Positions 27,248 to 35,658 of a stretch of DNA of 41,266 bases are shown here, one piece after another. This DNA comes from a virus (Duplodnaviria > Caudoviricetes). The translations under genes and the position numbers were made by a program. Below the pieces are notes generated by a model. It searched no databases and had not been told where the DNA came from. It worked only from the letters and a program-made list of their open reading frames with translations. Where the stretch lies: the IMG/VR virus record IMGVR_UViG_3300005077_000040, positions 1 through 41,266 of that record, one strand, 5' to 3'. Every line of letters begins with the position of its first letter. The stretch's first letter is position 1.

Positions 27248-30073
27248 TCAGTCATGCTCCACCTTAATCTCATAAATCTCCACCTCCCCCGTATCCTTCG
27301 TCGCATCAACAATCTCGATCTTAAACGAGTGGCACCGATACCGCAGCGCAATCCCGCCCGTCAAAATAACACTACTTGCAATCAGCGTCCCAGACTTCAC
27401 AGGCGTCGAACCACCATCCACATACAAATTAACCGTCAAATCATGAGCCGATTTATACCGAATTTTCACATACCGCACAATCTCCTTGTGCTCCCCAACT
27501 CTCCCATCGGAAACAAAAAACGTCCGTGTCATCACCACGGCCCCGACGCCCTCCTGCTTCCCCGTCGAAAAAAGCCGCTGCGACGCATCATCATAAACAA
27601 GCATCTGCCCGTCGCTATCCGTACAAACAAGATCGATCTCAACATCACTCTCAATCTGACGCCAAGCATTCTCACGAATATTATACGCCCAAATCGACCC
27701 CGACTTAAACTGATACACAATCTCCGTTTTCGTCCGATCATACCCCGCTTTGATATAAGGCTTCTCACCCTCATCGTCCAGCGCCAGATACACATCGTTA
27801 ATCGGCTCGCTAATCCGCGCATTGATCAGCGGTGTCTCGTCCGCCGCCGCCTCAAAATTCAAATCCAGCTTATAAATCCCGTCGTAAGCGCAGAAATAAA
27901 CCACATGCCCAACCTGCACAAGACCCTTCTTTGCCACATTCCCCCGATTGAACACACTATCGGACAGCTTCCAGGTCGAAACATCATCAATATCAACCAC
28001 ATGCAACTTAAACGCACTGTATTTCTTAAACAAAATCAAACTTCCGAAACTGATCGCCATCCCCGTACCCTCACCCGACATCCAGTCGAGAATCGGAATC
28101 ACATTACTCACAGGAATAGAATCAGGCTGATCAAGCTCCGAATACGCCAGCCAATCCTCATGAACCTCGTTCACACCCCCAGGATCAAGCACAATATTGA
28201 ACAAAAAAAGCCGCCCTTTCAGCATAACGCTAAACTTGCCATTCACCTTAATCTTATCATCACCTACATAGCTGTGAGAAGCCCCGCCCGATAAATTGTT
28301 ATCAAAAAAGTCTATTGTAACGCCATACTGCTGCCCAGCAACAACCTGGCTCACATCTATTTCATAAAGACCCTTACTCGGTGCCATTAATACCCACAAC
28401 GCATTTACTATTTCAGCTACCCCAGTATAATCGCTCGAATATCTATCTTTAAGATGAATTGCATATTTATAAGTAGTTTCGACAAGCCGATAATCGCCAA
28501 TATACTTCCAATTTCCATTCTCATTACTACCAAATACCGCATTGATTGTAAATGTATTCGCTGTTTTAGCCTTAACAACAAATGTCCCGTTATATCGTGG
28601 ATTCGTAGTAAAACCAGTCATAACCACAACATCCCCAACTTCCAAACCATGATTATTGCATGTAAAATCAGTTTGGTACGTACCAACCGCAGCAGCATTA
28701 GTCGTCAATCCGCCGTTAGCCTCAACCCGCAGCACCCCACCGCCGCTATATTCTCCAACATCCTCGTTGACAATAATACATTGATCGCCAGCATAAGCGC
28801 CGCCATCATTACCCTCAACAACGACCCCCGACTTATAAAGCATCCAGCCAACATCCCATAAGTCATTATTCCAGCCATCTGAACCAATATGAAAAATAAC
28901 ATTTCCAGTCCCAGATGGTATTGGCGATAGATTCGCACCAACAAACGATGTATTAGATGTTCTAAGATAAAGCGTATAAGTAGAAACCCCGTCAAAATTA
29001 TAACTTGTCAATTCAGGAATATATACCGTGTTTGAACCAGAATAAGCGCCGTTGCTTTTACTATAAATTTCATCACTATCTCGTGTAAAGTCAATAGTAT
29101 GTATGCAGCTATAAGGCCCTTCTTCAGCATCAGCCCGATATATTTTCATCCCTGTTTTACGAAAATTATAGCCTTCAACATTTAAGACAAATGTATAATT
29201 AAGTCTTAAAAACAAATTATTTGCAAAATCAAATATAACTGCTATAGGCTCGCTCAATGGGCTTTCCTGCTCGCCGTCGTAAAGCTCAGAAACTTTATAA
29301 TATTTAGTGTCTGCACCACCACCCGACGGGCTATATTCGCCCCCCTGGATTTGTATTACAGTAAATTCAATATCGGGCTTTGTAAGCTCCGCATCATAAA
29401 CACGATACCCCGCCTTAAAATCTGCATCGCCTTCATTTACTTCTTGTTCACTTCCAGCAAGGAGCTGCCCGTCAAAGTAATCACGCCCAATATATCCCAG
29501 CCAAATTCCCTTCGCCTCATGCCCGTCGATCTCACCGACATTCCCAGGCAGAAGCCGCAAAATCTCGTTATGCTGCACAATGCAATTCGAATCGCGCTTC
29601 TGATAAAATGACCCCAGCGTATTCACAATCATATTCGAAATATCAGCCCAGGAATCCCCGTCCCAATACTTCAGCGAAACCAACCCCTCCGACATCGCCT
29701 CATTGCTGATCAAAACAACAATAATCGCGAAGCCAACACCGCTCCCAATGGGACACGCAAACTCGTGATGCTTAAACACCACAACATCCTGGATACTCTC
29801 TCCAATTGACTTCGCCAAATCCGAAATCTCACTATCAACCCAATACTCATGATCCGTCCATACTTCATCATCGTCCCATACAACCGAATTATTCTCAATC
29901 ACATTCATCACTTCCAAATCAAACCGATCCCCAATCCCAAACGTCTTAACAATCTTCCCATTCTGCGCCATGAAATTGACCAGGCTCTCAGCCATCTCCG
30001 CCGAAACATCCTCCATATCCGCGTTGCGGAACACACCCATAATTTGCCTGATCTCAATTTGCGCCATCTTCAT
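27248..30073 (-). CDS. Tail nozzle / DNA-stabilisation-like protein (P22 gp10/T7 gp12 analog)
   Basis: 941 aa with beta-propeller-like C-terminal motifs (KGRLF, YSELDQPD, LILFK, VYFCAYDGIY, RISEPI, IWAYN) and an internal NHGL.VGD.V...NGTF.V...ANTFTI beta domain. Confidence 0.65.
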   Translation of the reverse strand: MKMAQIEIRQIMGVFRNADMEDVSAEMAESLVNFMAQNGKIVKTFGIGDRFDLEVMNVIENNSVVWDDDEVWTDHEYWVDSEISDLAKSIGESIQDVVVFKHHEFACPIGSGVGFAIIVVLISNEAMSEGLVSLKYWDGDSWADISNMIVNTLGSFYQKRDSNCIVQHNEILRLLPGNVGEIDGHEAKGIWLGYIGRDYFDGQLLAGSEQEVNEGDADFKAGYRVYDAELTKPDIEFTVIQIQGGEYSPSGGGADTKYYKVSELYDGEQESPLSEPIAVIFDFANNLFLRLNYTFVLNVEGYNFRKTGMKIYRADAEEGPYSCIHTIDFTRDSDEIYSKSNGAYSGSNTVYIPELTSYNFDGVSTYTLYLRTSNTSFVGANLSPIPSGTGNVIFHIGSDGWNNDLWDVGWMLYKSGVVVEGNDGGAYAGDQCIIVNEDVGEYSGGGVLRVEANGGLTTNAAAVGTYQTDFTCNNHGLEVGDVVVMTGFTTNPRYNGTFVVKAKTANTFTINAVFGSNENGNWKYIGDYRLVETTYKYAIHLKDRYSSDYTGVAEIVNALWVLMAPSKGLYEIDVSQVVAGQQYGVTIDFFDNNLSGGASHSYVGDDKIKVNGKFSVMLKGRLFLFNIVLDPGGVNEVHEDWLAYSELDQPDSIPVSNVIPILDWMSGEGTGMAISFGSLILFKKYSAFKLHVVDIDDVSTWKLSDSVFNRGNVAKKGLVQVGHVVYFCAYDGIYKLDLNFEAAADETPLINARISEPINDVYLALDDEGEKPYIKAGYDRTKTEIVYQFKSGSIWAYNIRENAWRQIESDVEIDLVCTDSDGQMLVYDDASQRLFSTGKQEGVGAVVMTRTFFVSDGRVGEHKEIVRYVKIRYKSAHDLTVNLYVDGGSTPVKSGTLIASSVILTGGIALRYRCHSFKIEIVDATKDTGEVEIYEIKVEHD

Positions 30074-30102
30074 GTACCTTTTTTTTATCTAAAAAAAGCC
30101 TA

Positions 30103-30642
30103 CTAAAACACCAGCACCTCATAATCCACCGTATCCGAAGTCCCGCTCCCCCCAATCGCAACAACCACCTGCGTCGTCGACACAGACGAAATGTACATAT
30201 CCCAATCGCACTTCGGCACCAGCACCACGCTCGGAGCCGCCGCGTATGTCTCAGTCAGGCTATGCGTAATCGTCGTAATTTCAGCAGGATCAGTCTCACC
30301 AGGCGTTGGCGCTTCCGTCCCGCCGCTCCGCAAAAGTGTCTCATTAAGGCCGCTCCGACCATACGGCAGCCGCTCCCAATCGCTGCCATTGTAAATCAGC
30401 ATATCATGCCGCTGAACAGTCGTAACATCCGACTGCCCATAACATGGCGTCCCGCTATAACTATCCACAACCAGATAATAATCACCCGCCGCTGGCGAAC
30501 CCGTCACGCTATCCCCCGTCTCCAAAGCCCCCAGATAATTCAGACCAGCGATCAAATCCTCATAAATCTCCTGCATCATCGCATTCAATTTATTTCGGAT
30601 CGACAACCCCGTCTCCCCATTCACCAACGTCTCTCGTGCCAT
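30103..30642 (-). CDS. Putative tail/structural protein
   Basis: 179 aa. N-terminal NGETGLSIRNKLNA and GDYYLV...D.LIYNG..W motifs resemble fibre-associated phage proteins. Confidence 0.55.
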   Translation of the reverse strand: MARETLVNGETGLSIRNKLNAMMQEIYEDLIAGLNYLGALETGDSVTGSPAAGDYYLVVDSYSGTPCYGQSDVTTVQRHDMLIYNGSDWERLPYGRSGLNETLLRSGGTEAPTPGETDPAEITTITHSLTETYAAAPSVVLVPKCDWDMYISSVSTTQVVVAIGGSGTSDTVDYEVLVF

Positions 30643-30676
30643 ACGCTTTCCCGTCTCACGTTTGATATTTCACGCT

Positions 30677-31198
30677 TTACTTATTCACCTTCGCATTCGT
30701 CCACGTTTTCACCGAATCCAGATCGCCCCCCCCCTTCGTGAAAACAACATCAACCCCGTCAAACATAGCAAAATCGTCAAACAGCCCCTCGAAATAATAC
30801 GTGTGAAACGTACTGTCAACAGGAAGCGTCGCCACAGCCACTACATCGCTCCGCACCTTCTCAACAATCCCTCGCCCCAGCGCATTCACATTCGTTTCCC
30901 GCTTCTTTAACTTGAGACCGTAAGCCGTCACCGTCAGCGTGTCCGTCTCGCCAGTGAGCGTATCGGCCATCGCCGTATAAATATCCAGGTCAACACTCCC
31001 ACTGTTATAAATCTTCTCCGTCGAATCACTCTTTGAATTGAACCAGATCGTAACCGTCGAAGACGTCCGCGTATAAATCGTATCATACACCATCACAGCA
31101 GGGCACTCAATGAACGACGCAGGCTCCTTAATGAGCTGCGCAAACGCCCCAGGCGTAACCATCGTTAAAACCAGCAACACAAACAATAATCTTTTCAT
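30677..31198 (-). CDS. Signal-peptide-bearing beta-rich protein of unknown function
   Basis: Signal peptide MKRLLFVLLVLTMVTPGAFA, with a leader duplicated at the 7872 gene. Confidence 0.65.
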   Translation of the reverse strand: MKRLLFVLLVLTMVTPGAFAQLIKEPASFIECPAVMVYDTIYTRTSSTVTIWFNSKSDSTEKIYNSGSVDLDIYTAMADTLTGETDTLTVTAYGLKLKKRETNVNALGRGIVEKVRSDVVAVATLPVDSTFHTYYFEGLFDDFAMFDGVDVVFTKGGGDLDSVKTWTNAKVNK

Positions 31199-31248
31199 CT
31201 CACCCTCATTAGCAATTATTGATTCACAATTCAAAATTCCGCTTCGGC

Positions 31249-31911
31249 TTACTCACTCACCAGCCCAATCCTGTTCTGGATACTCAACGCATCCGTATTC
31301 AGCTCCCCCAGCACATCCGTGATACTATACTGCTTGAATCGCTGATTCTGATAGTGAATCTTTGCAGCCGCAGCCATCGCATAAAACTTTTCCTCGTAAT
31401 GCGTCGCCTTTCGATCATTTCCATCCATCTCAAACAGCACATACAGCACATAATCGACCAATTTGATATGCTCCCGCACAGGGATAATCGGACTCGTCCC
31501 GCTCGTCGAGGTATTCCGCTTGCAATACCAGAGATGAAAATACCCGTCACTTGACGGCTTCGGAATCAACCGAACTTGCTCATCCTCAATCCAGTACGCA
31601 ATAGGAGTCCCCGTAATAAGCGTATTCGCGCTATCCAGCAGCCGCACATCGCTGCGCTGATGCAACGGATCGATACTGATCCCATTCCAGGTAACGCGAA
31701 ACTCCTTCACAAAATCATCAGGCAAATCGTAAGTATCAGCAAGCCCGTCCACGCTTGTACTAATCGCGTCGATAGCCTCCGTGCAGAAACTCTCCGCGAT
31801 AAAAATATTCTCAGCCTCACGGACCAAATTCTCCACATCAATAGAAAGATTGATCCCCGCATTGTCCGCAACCAACCGCACCCGATCTGCCAGCTCAGTA
31901 TAAGTCGACAT
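31249..31911 (-). CDS. Head-tail adaptor (head completion) protein
   Basis: Motifs YDLPDDF, GTP.AYWI...L.PKP and P.IP..EH..LVDY. Located downstream of the capsid genes. GAGG RBS. Confidence 0.7.
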   Translation of the reverse strand: MSTYTELADRVRLVADNAGINLSIDVENLVREAENIFIAESFCTEAIDAISTSVDGLADTYDLPDDFVKEFRVTWNGISIDPLHQRSDVRLLDSANTLITGTPIAYWIEDEQVRLIPKPSSDGYFHLWYCKRNTSTSGTSPIIPVREHIKLVDYVLYVLFEMDGNDRKATHYEEKFYAMAAAAKIHYQNQRFKQYSITDVLGELNTDALSIQNRIGLVSE

Positions 31912-31923
31912 ATATCCTCACCG

Positions 31924-31965
31924 AAAAAAAATAATGGCGACCGTCACCAATCGTAACGGCCACCA
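31924..31965 (-). terminator. Rho-independent terminator after the capsid/decoration genes
   Basis: Minus strand TGGTGGCCGTTAC-GATTG-GTGACGGTCGCCA followed by TTATTTTTTTT. Confidence 0.75.
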
Positions 31966-31970
31966 ATCTG

Positions 31971-32462
31971 TTAAGCCCCTGCAATTGTCACAAACCGCCC
32001 AAGCAAAAACACGGTTTTCACTGCGTCACCGCTCGTATTCGCGTCAATCGCAATGGCGCCGCTATTCACGCTTTCCGTCGTGCTTTCACTGGTGAACTTT
32101 CCAGCCGTACTGATAACCTCCAGATAGTCGCCAGCCGTCACACTGCCATTCACCTTTGCCAAGGCAATCCCGAATGTCTGAAACCACGTGATCCCCGCCG
32201 CAGTCGTCGTCTTTGCCGCCACAGCCAGTTGAACTTTTCCCACTGGGTTTGTGGCCGTCGCCGCAGCCGTCACCTCGCGCCCGCTAGTAACAGCAAACGT
32301 CAGCATTTTAACATCACCCAGCGTCACAGCCGCAGCAGCGTAAGCGGAAATATACTCCTTCCCGTCCACGCTCTTGCGAATGCCGCAGGCCGCTGGCGTA
32401 TCGCTCAAATTGAACAGCACGCGACTCACCGCCTTGTTTATTGCAATACTTGGATAACCCAT
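31971..32462 (-). CDS. Putative capsid decoration/cement protein, paralog B
   Basis: Ala/Thr-rich, similar to the upstream gene. GGAG RBS before ATG 32462. Confidence 0.6.
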   Translation of the reverse strand: MGYPSIAINKAVSRVLFNLSDTPAACGIRKSVDGKEYISAYAAAAVTLGDVKMLTFAVTSGREVTAAATATNPVGKVQLAVAAKTTTAAGITWFQTFGIALAKVNGSVTAGDYLEVISTAGKFTSESTTESVNSGAIAIDANTSGDAVKTVFLLGRFVTIAGA

Positions 32463-32564
32463 TGCTTTATCTCCCATTGTAATATATGCGCAGGCGGGGT
32501 TATCTACTCGACCCGACGGGCAAAGCAGCCTGCCCGCCCGCACACATGAATAAGGGTTTCTTAG

Positions 32565-33041
32565 TTACAGAGCAGCGATAGTATGCTGCTCCCCGATCAA
32601 AATCGCCGTTTTCAAAACAGGCGATCCACTTCCTTCGCCAGACGCCACCGCATCCCGCAGAACAGCGCAGCTAACAGTCGTTCGGACCGCGCCATCCTCG
32701 ATGAAACTCGTTGCATCACCGAGAACTTCCAGAAATTTTCCAGCCGTCACACCTGCCGTATCTGCAACCAGCACCTCGCATTCACCGCTCGTTTGAAAAT
32801 AACCAATCGCTCCCGACGCGATAACTTCCAGGGCGATAGCTACTTTTGCCGCAAAAGCCGATGTTGCGATGGCTGACGCCTGAACCTCGCGCCCAGCCGT
32901 CTGGTGGTAAGTAATCATTACAGGTTGGCCTATAGCCGTAGCCGCACCCGTGGCGTTATACAGCGTGATCCCCATACCGCCCTTTTCAGGAATAGGGTAT
33001 TCACGACCGCACAAGCTCCGATCAACACTCTTTGTAATCAT
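32565..33041 (-). CDS. Putative capsid decoration/cement protein, paralog A
   Basis: Directly follows the MCP with a GAGG RBS. Shares GREV.A.A.AT, FQT.G and VTAG..LEV with paralog B. Confidence 0.6.
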   Translation of the reverse strand: MITKSVDRSLCGREYPIPEKGGMGITLYNATGAATAIGQPVMITYHQTAGREVQASAIATSAFAAKVAIALEVIASGAIGYFQTSGECEVLVADTAGVTAGKFLEVLGDATSFIEDGAVRTTVSCAVLRDAVASGEGSGSPVLKTAILIGEQHTIAAL

Positions 33042-33087
33042 CGTTACCTCACATATCGTTAAATGTTAAAAATCACAGTTAAAAGGA

Positions 33088-34125
33088 CTATCCGTACACC
33101 TGCTCATCCGTCGGCAGGCCCAGAACAGCGCCCTGTCGGTCGCGTCGCGATGTCGTCAAAGCACCCACCCAGTCCAGCATCGAAAAATACACAGGCTGAC
33201 GTTCAGCTTTTTTCCAGGGCGTCCATTTAAAGTTCATCGCTGGCGCATGGTAATAATCCATATATTTTTCGTTAATCACGAGCAGCATCCCGCCATTATC
33301 AGAGACTTCGTTCATCTTCCCACCTGGAACGTGGCTGTCAACGGCAATCTCCATCGAGCGGAAGCGCAGCGTCTCAAACCCGCCATCCGCAACCTTGTAC
33401 ATCGAATCGAATCGCTTATCGGCCCGTAGCACTTCTTCGTATGCGTCCCAAATCACTTGGCTGCACAAACCAATCGTCGGTTTGTCATTCCCCACCGTCA
33501 GCGGTCCGACAATCATCCGCAAAATTTTCTCGATGTAATAGGCATGTTCGGGATTCACCAGATCAGCGTAAGTAAGAGCCTCAGCCGACAAATCGAGAAT
33601 CTGCGGATTCCACGAAAATCGCGTTTCCGTCGACGCATCGATCGCTCCAACCGTGTTATCCGCAGTTGCGCAAATCTTGACTAACGAATCGGGATCATTC
33701 GTCCCCAGGTCAGCAACCGCCTTGAACAACAGCTCGCTGAATTCGTTTTTCATCGATTCACTCATATTCTCCGACTTCGTTCGTGCCAAATTGATGTCAG
33801 CCGCCTTGCCCTTGTTTTGGGCTTCCAGGCGCACTTCATCGATCACCATATCGCCGTGGACGTGCTTCAGCTCGTATGTCGCTTCGTCCAGAATGTCAAT
33901 CGGCTGAAAATTGTACTCATCGTATCGCCCCATCGTTTGGGTATGCTCTCGTCCGTATTTGAGCGGCACCGCAATCTTGTTTCCGCCTTCGAACGGTTTG
34001 CTTTTCTTCAACATGCGCGACGCGAAAAAGTTATCGTTATTAATCGCACTCACAACGGCGGCCATAAAATCCCGCGTTGAGACGTTCAGATCGTTCAATA
34101 TTACACTAACAGTTCTGTTACCCAT
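33088..34125 (-). CDS. Major capsid protein (HK97 fold presumed)
   Basis: 345 aa after the scaffold with a GAGG RBS. Motifs GG.KI.VPL.Y, GFETL.F....I.VD and LIN..Y are typical of a common podoviral MCP family. Confidence 0.8.
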   Translation of the reverse strand: MGNRTVSVILNDLNVSTRDFMAAVVSAINNDNFFASRMLKKSKPFEGGNKIAVPLKYGREHTQTMGRYDEYNFQPIDILDEATYELKHVHGDMVIDEVRLEAQNKGKAADINLARTKSENMSESMKNEFSELLFKAVADLGTNDPDSLVKICATADNTVGAIDASTETRFSWNPQILDLSAEALTYADLVNPEHAYYIEKILRMIVGPLTVGNDKPTIGLCSQVIWDAYEEVLRADKRFDSMYKVADGGFETLRFRSMEIAVDSHVPGGKMNEVSDNGGMLLVINEKYMDYYHAPAMNFKWTPWKKAERQPVYFSMLDWVGALTTSRRDRQGAVLGLPTDEQVYG

Positions 34126-34146
34126 TTTTTTACCTCATAGCTAAGA

Positions 34147-35160
34147 TTATTCAACTCCCAATTTCTTATTAACCTTAGCCTGTATCGCATCAAAGGAAAT
34201 GTCTTCACTTGAAATCACGTCGAAACCCGCAGCACCATCTCCTCCAACAGCCCCAGGCCCAGGTAGACTCGTCTCACGTAGCTTTACCAGCTCCGCGTTC
34301 CGCTCCTTCAGTTCCTTCCGTGCTTTCGACAAATCGTCTTTTAAGGCTTTAACCGTATCTCGCAGCGCCCCGCTCTGCTGAATCTCAAACGCAGTCATCA
34401 GGTTCACGCCACGAGCGTCCGCCAACTCGCCAATTTCCGCCAGGCGCTTATTCCCGTCCTCGCTGCCATCGCCAATCGCAGGATCAATCTTTCGCAAGGA
34501 AAGAATCTCCTTCTCAAGCGCAATCTCCATTTCCTGTTGGCTCAATCGCTCATTGTCTTCGCGCTGCTTTTTCGCCTTCGGCGCAACAGCGTTCAAGCTA
34601 TCAACCAACCTCCGAAACGGATTCTTATCCTTCCCATCGTACCAGTCATCGAGGCTTTCCATTACCTCGTTGATGTCCTCGATCTTACTCAGGGTTTCCA
34701 GCGCCTCGACGGCCTCTTTGCCGCCCGCATTGGCGAGCGCCTTCCGCATGTTCGTGTTGCCAGCCTGGAACTTCTCATAGTTCTCCAGATCGCGCAACAG
34801 CGTGGCTCGCTTTTCCTCATCGTCAAAAGCATCCAGCTTCTTCCAAATTTTTTCTTTAAAATCGCCATCACTGTCATCGCGTTGCTCTTTCCCCGAGTCG
34901 TCTTCATTTTCAGTGCTGGCTTTTTCATTTGCCTTTGCGTCGTCGCCAGTGGTCGCCGTGGACGTAGCTTTTTCGCCTTCTTTTTTAGAGTCGTCATTGG
35001 TCTTTCCTGACGTGCCCGACCCTTTATCACTCAAATCTTTATTCACATTAAGCTCATTGCGAGCAGCCTCGCTCAGCTCAAAATTTCCAACCGCGTTCCC
35101 GATAACAACGGTGCCCATCGGCTCTGAGGCGGCAGTAGTCGCTTTATTATCTGTTTCCAT
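34147..35160 (-). CDS. Capsid scaffolding protein
   Basis: Acidic disordered N-terminus plus coiled coil, directly upstream of the MCP. GGAGG RBS. Confidence 0.7.
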   Translation of the reverse strand: METDNKATTAASEPMGTVVIGNAVGNFELSEAARNELNVNKDLSDKGSGTSGKTNDDSKKEGEKATSTATTGDDAKANEKASTENEDDSGKEQRDDSDGDFKEKIWKKLDAFDDEEKRATLLRDLENYEKFQAGNTNMRKALANAGGKEAVEALETLSKIEDINEVMESLDDWYDGKDKNPFRRLVDSLNAVAPKAKKQREDNERLSQQEMEIALEKEILSLRKIDPAIGDGSEDGNKRLAEIGELADARGVNLMTAFEIQQSGALRDTVKALKDDLSKARKELKERNAELVKLRETSLPGPGAVGGDGAAGFDVISSEDISFDAIQAKVNKKLGVE

Positions 35161-35533
35161 TTATTTTCCTCCCCAGCCCTGGCGCATTATTCATCGTCCC
35201 CGCATTGTAAGTCAAAGACTCCTCGTTCCCTTTCAGTGCAGGCCGCACCGCAATATTCGGGATATAAACGACCGACATCGCCGCAACATTTTTCCCGTTG
35301 TACACCGAATCGCGCTGAATCACCCCGCGATTGCCAGGCAGAACCATCACCTCTGTCAAAAACGTCTGATCCTCACGATACTCGAGGCAGATTGTTTTCC
35401 ACATCCCTTTATTAATCTGATTCGCCCTTCGCCCCTGAATCGGCTGTTTCTCCGTCAATTCCCCGTCCCTCAATCCAGTCAATTCGGTCAATTTGGTCTC
35501 CTGTCCCGCCTGTCCCTTTTTGTCACTTCCCAT
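35147..35533 (-). CDS. Hypothetical protein
   Basis: 128 aa ORF with a GAGGT RBS, between portal and scaffold. Confidence 0.6.
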   Translation of the reverse strand: MGSDKKGQAGQETKLTELTGLRDGELTEKQPIQGRRANQINKGMWKTICLEYREDQTFLTEVMVLPGNRGVIQRDSVYNGKNVAAMSVVYIPNIAVRPALKGNEESLTYNAGTMNNAPGLGRKINGNR

Positions 35534-35584
35534 CTTGCACCTCTTTCATTCAGTTGGTTTTCTCGAAAATCGAGTCGACACTGT

Positions 35585-35656
35585 TATTTAAAATAAAAAC
35601 CCAGGCCGCGCCCATCGATGCCTGCCCGCGCTGCACATCTCAAAACGCGGCTCTGG
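35585..35656 (-). terminator. Terminator/attenuator-like stem with a large loop, after the portal gene
   Basis: Minus strand CCAGAGCCGCG...CGCGGCCTGG followed by GTTTTTATTT. Confidence 0.45.
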
Positions 35657-35658
35657 TC

